64,000 nt of DNA, taken from IMG/VR virus record IMGVR_UViG_3300025093_000012, positions 1 through 64,000 of that record. The stretch is one strand, 5' to 3'. The position numbers and the translations under genes are program-made. The notes under the pieces were generated by a model that worked only from the letters and a program-made list of their open reading frames with translations, ran no database searches and was not told where the DNA came from. Shown piece by piece: positions 27,595-35,421 of this stretch (within the stretch, counting starts at the first letter, position 1; each line of letters opens with the position of its first letter). The stretch comes from a virus.

Positions 27595-28005
27595 ATGTAT
27601 ATGGAATTATTAAATACACATCCAGTAAAAAAATCAGACTTAGGATTTCACGGTAATCTATTTGGTGGAAAGTTATTAGCATGGCTTGATGCAAGTGCGG
27701 CAGCTTTTGCAGCACAATGTTGTGATACACCAAGGATGGTTACAGTGTCTATAGATAAGTGTATATTTAAAAGACCTGCTAAAGAGGGTCAGCTTGTTAA
27801 AGTTTATGGATCAGTGGTCCAAGTAAACAATACAAGTATTGAGTTAGCTTTAGAAGCTAGATCTCATAATGTATATAATGGAAGACAGCATCTAATTCTT
27901 TCTACAAATATTACTTTTGTAAGGATAGATGAACAGGGTGAACCCATTCCTATTAGTCATAAGGTAAGGGATAACTTTAATGAAGCCAGGTCAGAGATTA
28001 AATAA
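27595..28005 (+). CDS. acyl-CoA thioesterase (hotdog fold, YciA-like)
   Basis: DLGFHGNLFGGKLLAWLD, MVTVSID, TFVRIDEQGEP. Confidence 0.88.
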   Translation: MYMELLNTHPVKKSDLGFHGNLFGGKLLAWLDASAAAFAAQCCDTPRMVTVSIDKCIFKRPAKEGQLVKVYGSVVQVNNTSIELALEARSHNVYNGRQHLILSTNITFVRIDEQGEPIPISHKVRDNFNEARSEIK

Positions 28006-28420
28006 AGCAGATGTAGAAGCAATAGCTACATTAGCTCTAAATTGGTGTGAGCTGAAGTATGGAGATTCATTTAATAATGAACCTGTATGCCTATGTGTAG
28101 AGTATCAGGAATTAAAGAAGCCTATTGAATATGGTATATATGATTTTAAAAATAATATAATTATTATATTCTACAATACAGCCAGAACACCCAGACTTAT
28201 ATGCAAAACAATCATTCATGAATACACGCATGCTCAACAGGATATGAATAAATATACTGAGCATCATGAACAATACAGGTATCATAATAATCCCTATGAA
28301 AAGGCAGCGTATGATAGAGAAGATGATTGGCGTGAATGTTTTAATAATATAATAAAATTAAAAAATGGAACCAAAGCAGATAGCAGCCATACAAACAGGG
28401 CTGATAGACAAGAAACTTAA
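27980..28420 (+). CDS. zincin-like metallopeptidase
   Basis: TIIHEYTHAQQ...NPYEKAA. Confidence 0.75.
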   Translation: MKPGQRLNKADVEAIATLALNWCELKYGDSFNNEPVCLCVEYQELKKPIEYGIYDFKNNIIIIFYNTARTPRLICKTIIHEYTHAQQDMNKYTEHHEQYRYHNNPYEKAAYDREDDWRECFNNIIKLKNGTKADSSHTNRADRQET

Positions 28421-29072
28421 ACATACAGATGGTTGGAGCCATCATATGACAACTAGTATTATATCAGAGGGGTTTACCTCAGCTCTAGTAGAACTTAAGA
28501 AGTGTAGTGATGAAGGAAAGAAGTTTACTCCAGAGTTTAAAAATATATTTAAGTCATTTGAATTGTGCTCTTATCAGAATTTGAAAGTAGTTATTGTAGG
28601 ACAAGATCCATATCCACAAGAAGGTGTTGCAGATGGTGTGTCATTTAGTTGTTCTAGGACAAAAAAAGAACAACCTTCTCTTAGATATATCTTTGATGAG
28701 TTACAGAATCAGTATCCTGATGCATCCCGTGATTGTGATCTAAGTAGATGGTCAAAACAAGGTGTGCTTATGTTAAACACTGCATTGACATGTGAGGTAA
28801 ATAATATTGGCTCACACGTATCTATATGGAAAGATTTTATGGTTGATGTATTCATTAATACTCTTAATAAACATCATAATGACTTACAATTTGTATTTTT
28901 AGGTAAGAAGTCTGAAGTGTTTGGTAAATATATTGACAATAGACACACTAAACATTTTGTAATTCATCCTGCAGCTGCTGCATATCGTGGTGGTAAATGG
29001 AATTGTGATAACCTATTTAAGAAGATAAATGAAAAACTCAGACAAAAAGGTGAAACAGAAATCCAATGGTAA
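28365..29072 (+). CDS. ung: uracil-DNA glycosylase family 1
   Basis: VVIVGQDPYP, PSL, QGVLMLNTALT, HPAAA. Confidence 0.92.
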   Translation: MEPKQIAAIQTGLIDKKLKHTDGWSHHMTTSIISEGFTSALVELKKCSDEGKKFTPEFKNIFKSFELCSYQNLKVVIVGQDPYPQEGVADGVSFSCSRTKKEQPSLRYIFDELQNQYPDASRDCDLSRWSKQGVLMLNTALTCEVNNIGSHVSIWKDFMVDVFINTLNKHHNDLQFVFLGKKSEVFGKYIDNRHTKHFVIHPAAAAYRGGKWNCDNLFKKINEKLRQKGETEIQW

Positions 29073-29169
29073 GCCAAAGGATCTCAAAGAAAAAACCAAA
29101 GAAAAGAAAGATAAAGGAAATGGAAAAAACTTTATCTTCTGCTACTGGGATTTCTAATATTGTAGTTAT

Positions 29170-30006
29170 ATGGCCATAAAGCACCAGAAAACAAAAACAT
29201 TAGTAACCAAAACAAATAATAATAGTAGTGACTGCATAGCACCCAATATCATCTATGGATGCTTTGGAGGTTGTGTAGACACCTATTGTTATATGTCTAG
29301 ATATAATGGTCATAGAGTATTTGTTAATACAAATGTTGATGACATTTTTAACTCTGTAGTTGAGTGGGAAAAGACTTATAATAAAGTGCCCAATCAACAG
29401 GACCCTGTGTATACAATGGTAGACATTGCTTGTAACTCAGATTTAGTTCTGATGCAGAAGCATATGCCAGAACCGTTAATGGATTACTTGAAGAGGTATG
29501 ATGATCATCCTCAACTTAATAGTACAATGGCTACTAAGTATCCTCACATGTTAAAGTTAGATGTTAACCATTTTAATAAAAAGCCTAGAGTCCGTGTAAG
29601 TCTCATGCCTCAGAAGTATTCTTTTATATTAGAACCAAAGATGCAAGGGATAAGATCCAGAATAAAGGATGTAAATAGACTAAAGGATTTAGGGTGGGAA
29701 GTACATTTAAATTATTCACCTTTAATTTTTTATCCAGGTTGGAGGGAAGAGTATGATAATTTATTTAAATTTGTCAAGAAGTACGCAGGTGAAAATAAAT
29801 GTGAAGTTATTGCCTTAACTAATCACGTATACCAAATGAATAGATCAAGTGAAGAAGCAAGAGAATTAATGAAATACTCTGATGAGGTTAAGAATCACAA
29901 TGGTATCATGAGGTATCCAGTTAAACAGAAAGCACGTCTTCTTGAAGATTTTAAATCTATATATGCAAAGTACTTTGACCTAGATACAATTAGATATATA
30001 TTTTAA
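29170..30006 (+). CDS. spore photoproduct lyase-like radical SAM protein
   Basis: PNIIYGCFGGCVDTYCYM, ATKY, RVRVSLMPQ, LNYSP, MRYP resemble the SplB-like family. Confidence 0.78.
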   Translation: MAIKHQKTKTLVTKTNNNSSDCIAPNIIYGCFGGCVDTYCYMSRYNGHRVFVNTNVDDIFNSVVEWEKTYNKVPNQQDPVYTMVDIACNSDLVLMQKHMPEPLMDYLKRYDDHPQLNSTMATKYPHMLKLDVNHFNKKPRVRVSLMPQKYSFILEPKMQGIRSRIKDVNRLKDLGWEVHLNYSPLIFYPGWREEYDNLFKFVKKYAGENKCEVIALTNHVYQMNRSSEEARELMKYSDEVKNHNGIMRYPVKQKARLLEDFKSIYAKYFDLDTIRYIF

Positions 30007-30007
30007 T

Positions 30008-30376
30008 ATGAAAGAAAAAAGAAGAGCAATAAAATGTGAGCTTGAAAGAAAGAGTTCAAGTAACCCAGGTTACTACAAATACAATGTAACCATTAGAGAA
30101 AAGGATGGCACTACTCATAAGCAACCTGCCTACGGTAAGGATATGCAAGATGCATTATCTAGATTATTAAGAAAGGAAATCACTGTTAAAGTTGAAAACA
30201 AAGTTTTGAATAATCCTTCTTTATTAGTAGCTTTGTGGTTACTTATAATGGGATGGCCAGCTATATTAAGTGAAAAATTTGATAAACCTATATTCTTATT
30301 ATTAGCTTTTGCTGGAGTAGCTGTTATAGTTCTATGTTACTACTTGTGGATGAAACACCTTAATAAAGGTGACTAA
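30008..30376 (+). CDS. membrane protein
   Basis: Two C-terminal hydrophobic helices. Confidence 0.7.
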   Translation: MKEKRRAIKCELERKSSSNPGYYKYNVTIREKDGTTHKQPAYGKDMQDALSRLLRKEITVKVENKVLNNPSLLVALWLLIMGWPAILSEKFDKPIFLLLAFAGVAVIVLCYYLWMKHLNKGD

Positions 30377-30401
30377 TTATTAACCCTTTAAATTTCAAAA
30401 A

Positions 30402-30569
30402 ATGAATGAAAATTTAAAACCAATGATTGAGAAAGAACCAGATCTTTCTAATGTAAATTTAAGTCAAGAACCAAATATTGATCTAAGCAAGATTGATATG
30501 GATGGTGAAGCAATTCTGAGAAGAAATGCTGAGACAATTCGTAATGCTGATAAATATGCAGCTAGATAA
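30402..30569 (+). CDS. small hypothetical protein (55 aa, below ORF-track cutoff)
   Basis: Manual translation MNENLKPMIEKEPDLS...KYAAR; fills the gap after an A-rich leader. Confidence 0.5.
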   Translation: MNENLKPMIEKEPDLSNVNLSQEPNIDLSKIDMDGEAILRRNAETIRNADKYAAR

Positions 30570-30879
30570 ATTTAAAAATTTATTACAACATATATATAGG
30601 AGGACTGATGAAACCTTTGACATCAAGCGTGATGAATATGCAAATGATGTAGATGTTTTTAAATCACTAAAAAATGGAACAGCTTTTTCATTTCAATCAG
30701 AACCTGAACAGGTAGCTTGGAATTACCTAGCTAAACATCTAGAATCTATTCAGTCAATCCTTAGTAAGTTACCAGATGAAGAACCATCTGTTGAACTGAT
30801 TAATGAGAAACTAGGAGATGCCATAAACTATTTGATCATTATTGAAGGCCTCTTAAGAGAGAGGAAAACAAAGAAGTAA
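30556..30879 (+). CDS. DUF1599-like nucleotide-modification-associated protein
   Basis: KRDEYA...KH..SI...EKLGDAINY pattern. Confidence 0.6.
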   Translation: MQLDKFKNLLQHIYRRTDETFDIKRDEYANDVDVFKSLKNGTAFSFQSEPEQVAWNYLAKHLESIQSILSKLPDEEPSVELINEKLGDAINYLIIIEGLLRERKTKK

Positions 30880-30907
30880 GTATAAAACCAACATTTTATA
30901 TTTACTG

Positions 30908-30951
30908 AAAAAGGCTAGCAGGTTTATTCCATTTTCCTGCTGGTCTTTTTT
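30908..30951. terminator. bidirectional terminator between convergent blocks
   Basis: AAAAAGGCTAGCAGG...CCTGCTGGTCTTTTTT. Confidence 0.75.
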
Positions 30952-32012
30952 TATGGGGCCCATGCCATAGCAGTAGTTTGTATTGCTAAGTCTGTAATAT
31001 TTCCAGCCTTAGAACCACTTGTAGTTGTAAACTCATAGGCAATACCCCAATAATCACCCATAGCTAAGGGAGTAGTTAAAGTTCTACTAGATTCAGTTTT
31101 TTGTAGTCTTTGTGCTGTTGCATTAAAATCTAGAACATCTAGTGTTTCCTTAGAAAATGTTATAAGACTATTACCGTTAGTTGGTGTATATCTAATAAGA
31201 ATAATTTTAACGGCAGCTCCTGTACCTAATGCTGCAATATCTGCAGCGGTTAATGCAGATTTACACATTGAATACAAAGTAATCTTGGTAAAAGGGGCTG
31301 TTGCCCTTTGATAATTACTGCCTTGAAATATACCAAAGATATCATCTGGATCATAAGCTAATCCAGTACCAGTAACTGCTGAATATATTACAGTTCTAAA
31401 CAAAGATGGAAATAAATAAAAATCAGATACAGACCAGTTTGAAATGTATAATGAATGATTAACACGTTGCTCTCTACGGTCTGCTGCTGCTGGAATATTT
31501 ACTGTAACATCAGGTCCTACATTAGTTGCAGTTACACCTCCTCCAGTAAAGTCTAAACTTGCAAGGTTAGTTGTCTTAGTAACCCCTTCATCTTTTACAG
31601 TGATGGCTGTACCACCACCTCCTCCAGAACAACATGTACCAAATGTAACTGTTGCTGTAGTAAATTCAGGTCTTAATGATTTACCTACTTCATCACTAAC
31701 AATTGTGATAATTGCAGTTGTAGACTTATGTACTTGATGATATAGTGGAGCATTAATAAGCATATCTGTAACCTCTTCTTCAGTTACAGTTGAGCCAGTA
31801 AAATTAACTTCAACAAGATCTTTAGCATTTACATCTTTAGCTCCTTTAAAATATATACCTACACTGTTTGCACCTGCTTGAGTATCAAAACCAAGTATAT
31901 CTGAATATTTATAATATACCCATTCCGTGCTTGCAGCAATATAAAATTTATAAATAACGGATGGTGGATCTCCTAAGAACTGTGATCCACCTGCTTGAGT
32001 ATTCTTATCCAT
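30951..32012 (-). CDS. putative virion structural protein (fiber/decoration-like)
   Basis: Thr/Gly-rich; GGGGG linker then ITVKDEG..LDFTGGGVTAT; late block. Confidence 0.55.
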   Translation of the reverse strand: MDKNTQAGGSQFLGDPPSVIYKFYIAASTEWVYYKYSDILGFDTQAGANSVGIYFKGAKDVNAKDLVEVNFTGSTVTEEEVTDMLINAPLYHQVHKSTTAIITIVSDEVGKSLRPEFTTATVTFGTCCSGGGGGTAITVKDEGVTKTTNLASLDFTGGGVTATNVGPDVTVNIPAAADRREQRVNHSLYISNWSVSDFYLFPSLFRTVIYSAVTGTGLAYDPDDIFGIFQGSNYQRATAPFTKITLYSMCKSALTAADIAALGTGAAVKIILIRYTPTNGNSLITFSKETLDVLDFNATAQRLQKTESSRTLTTPLAMGDYWGIAYEFTTTSGSKAGNITDLAIQTTAMAWAP

Positions 32013-32024
32013 AGTAAAATAGTA

Positions 32025-32396
32025 TTACTCTCTAGTCCAGTAATGCCACTCTACACTTGTAGCAGCTGTGTCATACTTTAGTCTCATCCCTACACCTGCC
32101 TTTATAGGAAGGAATGCAAAGTCATTTGGTTTTAATAAAGCAATATTATTAGGTGTGCCATCATCATCAGTAACAAGAATGTTACCCCCTGTACTAGTAG
32201 ACCCTGTGTTTCTAACAAAGACATAAGTATCTTTAGTGTGTGCACGGTCAACAATCTCTTGATCAGTAGTAGTTATAGTAGTTATAGTACCACTCTTAGT
32301 AGGATCTGTTACATTCAATGTTGGTGCAACAGTAATACTAAGGATATCAGTATAACTTAAACTTGCTAATTTTAGTGTTGATGTGATTGTTGCCAT
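32025..32396 (-). CDS. putative capsid auxiliary / structural protein
   Basis: Thr-rich, beta-strand-like sequence; late block. Confidence 0.55.
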   Translation of the reverse strand: MATITSTLKLASLSYTDILSITVAPTLNVTDPTKSGTITTITTTDQEIVDRAHTKDTYVFVRNTGSTSTGGNILVTDDDGTPNNIALLKPNDFAFLPIKAGVGMRLKYDTAATSVEWHYWTRE

Positions 32397-32546
32397 AATA
32401 TTACTTTATCTTCCTTGACCTACATATTTCTTTTTGTAGTTCTTGGATGTTTTTGTTTTACTAGTCTTGGTTTTGGCATGAACTCCTGGTCTTTTCTTTT
32501 TAGTGACTACAGTGAATTCATATGCACTTATCTTTCTTGCCATGAA

Positions 32547-32795
32547 TTATCTTTTCTTAGGCTTCATGGATGTACCATACTTAGCCTTTTTCATTTTCTT
32601 TGGATCCATTGAAGTTCCATACTTAGCTTTCTTTTTATAAGTAAGCTCTGGATTTGCAGCAGCTAAAGCTTCTAAACCTTTACTAGCTTTTTTCATCATT
32701 CTTTTTGCAGCTGGTCCAGCTCCGTAAGCTCCTCCATCTCCATAAGTTACAAGGCCATTTTTACTTTTAAAGCCTCCTTTAATGTGCATTGGCAT
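32547..32795 (-). CDS. small basic protein with KKAKYGTSM repeat
   Basis: 82 aa with an internal duplicated 9-mer. Confidence 0.65.
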   Translation of the reverse strand: MPMHIKGGFKSKNGLVTYGDGGAYGAGPAAKRMMKKASKGLEALAAANPELTYKKKAKYGTSMDPKKMKKAKYGTSMKPKKR

Positions 32796-32820
32796 AATTT
32801 CTAATTTTTATTATTAATAT

Positions 32821-33054
32821 TTAAAGTAACCCGTTAGGGCCCATTTCCATTCCATATGGACAACCACATCCCTGTACTTGCCCACCTTCTTTTTTCTTAA
32901 AACTTTTTAATGTCTTAGCTAAGTTACATCTACGTTTTGCTTTAGTAGATGGTGGATTTTCACAATACTCAGATATACTCATTCCTTTTGCCTTTGCAGC
33001 AGCAGTTAATGAACCTGGTTTTTTTATTGCATCTTTAATCCAATTCTTAGCCAT
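32821..33054 (-). CDS. small basic phage protein (WIKDAIKKPG type)
   Basis: WI..AIKKPG.L...LAKTL motif. Confidence 0.7.
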   Translation of the reverse strand: MAKNWIKDAIKKPGSLTAAAKAKGMSISEYCENPPSTKAKRRCNLAKTLKSFKKKEGGQVQGCGCPYGMEMGPNGLL

Positions 33055-33059
33055 AACTA

Positions 33060-33353
33060 TTACTTTGCGTGTGAACCATCACAATTTCCATCAGGATCTT
33101 GTGTATTACCGCAAGCACACTTCTTTGTCATATACTTATCAAATGCTCCTGACTTAACTACATCAGTAAACAATTTGAATTGTTCTTTAGTAAAAAAAGT
33201 ATACCCTTCTTCATCTCCACCTACAACTACTTTGTCTGATTCAGTTGAGATGTCAATTGCTGGGCATGATTTACAGTTAGCACAAAATGTCATTTGTGAT
33301 CTACCATTAGATACACTAACATTCTTTAATCCGTCAAAATTTTCTAAGTTCAT
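33060..33353 (-). CDS. CDGSH iron-sulfur domain protein
   Basis: C-terminal CACGNTQDPDGNCDGSH plus an N-terminal CxxCxxC. Confidence 0.7.
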   Translation of the reverse strand: MNLENFDGLKNVSVSNGRSQMTFCANCKSCPAIDISTESDKVVVGGDEEGYTFFTKEQFKLFTDVVKSGAFDKYMTKKCACGNTQDPDGNCDGSHAK

Positions 33354-33364
33354 ATTGGTTCTAT

Positions 33365-33556
33365 TTAAATTTCAAATCCTACATTAAAAATTACAAATCT
33401 AAATCTTTTTGAGTCACACGTTTCTCTATCACAACGTACACAAAGATTAAATTCAAATACTGTAACCTTACCAATTCTTAGTAAGAGTTCATATTTAAGT
33501 TTTTTATTTGGAGCTTTCCAGCTGTTAATCCAATTGATTGTAGTGCTCTTTGCCAT
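33365..33556 (-). CDS. hypothetical protein
   Basis: 63 aa with the promoter motif upstream. Confidence 0.65.
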   Translation of the reverse strand: MAKSTTINWINSWKAPNKKLKYELLLRIGKVTVFEFNLCVRCDRETCDSKRFRFVIFNVGFEI

Positions 33557-33580
33557 AATTTTTTATTTTATACTTATACT

Positions 33581-33596
33581 ATAATATACAAAAAAA
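33581..33596 (-). promoter_or_regulatory. putative phage promoter TTTTTGTATATTAT
   Basis: Repeat of the motif at 1009 and 35123. Confidence 0.6.
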
Positions 33597-33604
33597 CATC
33601 TAGA

Positions 33605-34015
33605 TTACCTCATTCTTCTCTTATCATACCTTCCACCAGGAAGACCACAACTACTTCCACCATGTCTCATAGACATACCTGGACCAGATGTAGTTACAAT
33701 CTCAATAGGACCTCTTCTTCTTTTAGTATTAGAACCACCTTTTCTTTTAGGAGAGTTCATTGGGCCAACTTGTTTCTTAGTTGTCCTTGCACTATTAATC
33801 AGATCCATTTTCTCAATTTGAGTTCTCTGTAATTCATTCTGATCTTTTAACAACATGTTTTGCATTTGCAAATCCTGCATCATCTTTTGTTGCATCATTT
33901 GTTGTTGAGCAGCCATCTGCATTTCAAACTGCATCATATTATTCTGAGCCCCAAGATTTCTTTGGTTTGTCTCCATTCCTTTTCTTGCTCTCATTTGTGG
34001 TCTTCTATATCTCAT
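33605..34015 (-). CDS. Gln/Met-rich basic protein
   Basis: Likely start MRYRRPQ at 34015; low complexity. Confidence 0.6.
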   Translation of the reverse strand: MRYRRPQMRARKGMETNQRNLGAQNNMMQFEMQMAAQQQMMQQKMMQDLQMQNMLLKDQNELQRTQIEKMDLINSARTTKKQVGPMNSPKRKGGSNTKRRRGPIEIVTTSGPGMSMRHGGSSCGLPGGRYDKRRMR

Positions 34016-34022
34016 AATACTA

Positions 34023-34772
34023 TTATCTTGATCCTCTAGATGATCTGGTTGTTCTACTTTTTGATACTGTCTTACCTTTTCTTGTTTGAGCATTCATGAA
34101 CTTTGCCATCTCACGTTTATATTGAGTTTTTCTTTGCGTGTTAGTTCTCTGAGCACTATCAAACTGAGACTTAGCTATGTTATAGTTTGGTAAGGTTCTA
34201 TCATTAAAATCTCTTAAATTAGTTTGATAAGCTTGGTAATCTTGCTGATACCGTGGTAAAACTTTACTAGTATAACGGGTATATTCTGCTACCTGTGCTG
34301 AAACTGTTTTATCTTTTGAATTAGTAATCTCACTTATTGCCTCCTTAGTTGCTTTTGCTTCTTTTTCTAAACTTGCTTGTTCTTCTTTATTTTTAGTAGC
34401 CTTAAGTTTTGTTTCTATCTCAGCTAATCTATCTTGATACGTTGTTGTGGGTTTACTCTTTGGTATAGTATATGGATTAGTTGGAGCTTTAGGTTGCTCA
34501 GGTGCTTTAGGAGCAGTAGGAGCTTTACCAGGATCACTTACTTGTAACAATAATTTTTGTACAGGTTTAGTACCTTGATCTGACTTTTTTGTAGCTCTAC
34601 CTCTTACCTTTGCAGAAGACTCTGGATACTCTACAGTTCTCTGAACTGGAAGAATACTATTAAGTTGTGTACCTGATACAGATAAAGACTTTAATGCTTG
34701 ATTAAGTCTAGTACTGTGGGACATAGCTTGTCCCTTGGTCATTTTCTTTTTTGAATTTGCTTTTTTAGCCAT
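34023..34772 (-). CDS. basic coiled-coil protein
   Basis: 249 aa; PKAP repeats; Lys/Arg-rich ends. Confidence 0.7.
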   Translation of the reverse strand: MAKKANSKKKMTKGQAMSHSTRLNQALKSLSVSGTQLNSILPVQRTVEYPESSAKVRGRATKKSDQGTKPVQKLLLQVSDPGKAPTAPKAPEQPKAPTNPYTIPKSKPTTTYQDRLAEIETKLKATKNKEEQASLEKEAKATKEAISEITNSKDKTVSAQVAEYTRYTSKVLPRYQQDYQAYQTNLRDFNDRTLPNYNIAKSQFDSAQRTNTQRKTQYKREMAKFMNAQTRKGKTVSKSRTTRSSRGSR

Positions 34773-34774
34773 AG

Positions 34775-35074
34775 TTATAATTTTTTAAGACGCTCATTCT
34801 CTGCTTCAAGAAACTTAACTTTCTCTCTTAGAGTTGCAACTTGTTCTGTTAAAGTAATGATACATATACGTAGATCATCCTTTTCTTTAGAAGACTCAGA
34901 CAAAAGAATTTCTAACCTATGTACTCTTTTCTTTAGGTCTTCTTTGTATTCTCCTTGTAAATCCATACTTTTGCTTTTCAGTGCTAGTTTGGATTTGTAA
35001 AACTTGAATGCCTCATTGCTCCCTAAAACTGTTAGGGCAGTAACAATGATCGTTCCAATGATATTCCAATCCAT
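34775..35074 (-). CDS. TM plus coiled-coil protein (holin-like candidate)
   Basis: N-terminal TM helix then a heptad pattern. Confidence 0.5.
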   Translation of the reverse strand: MDWNIIGTIIVTALTVLGSNEAFKFYKSKLALKSKSMDLQGEYKEDLKKRVHRLEILLSESSKEKDDLRICIITLTEQVATLREKVKFLEAENERLKKL

Positions 35075-35122
35075 TTTTATAAATATATAATATGATAGTA
35101 CCTATCTAAAGGAGGTACACAT

Positions 35123-35136
35123 ATAATATACAAAAA
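35123..35136 (-). promoter_or_regulatory. putative phage promoter TTTTTGTATATTAT
   Basis: Third copy of the motif. Confidence 0.6.
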
Positions 35137-35158
35137 TTAAATATAAAACAGAAATAAA

Positions 35159-35341
35159 ATGAAATTAAAAAGACATCAATTTTTTGTAGAGTTTCTACCT
35201 AAGACATGCTTATTAGGCTTGTCTATTTCACAACATGAAACCAAGATAGCGGAAGATGATTCTGAGTGGCATCCTGCCTTCAGTATTGAACTTGGTTTAG
35301 CATTTATTAAATTTTCCTATATAAACATTTCTATATCATAA
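35159..35341 (+). CDS. hypothetical protein
   Basis: 60 aa with an A-rich leader. Confidence 0.5.
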   Translation: MKLKRHQFFVEFLPKTCLLGLSISQHETKIAEDDSEWHPAFSIELGLAFIKFSYINISIS

Positions 35342-35421
35342 TTAAAAGTGGTATATTATTACTACCTCCAAATCTTGGGGGTATTTTTTTCTTTATTGTT
35401 TAACATTTAAAATAACTTGAC

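Noticed and set aside
30556-30879. Hypermodified-base pathway suggested by the DUF1599-like, MazG-like and radical SAM genes
   Set aside because: The genes are scattered, no base-modifying transferase or synthase is visible in this window, and an intact ung argues against uracil-DNA
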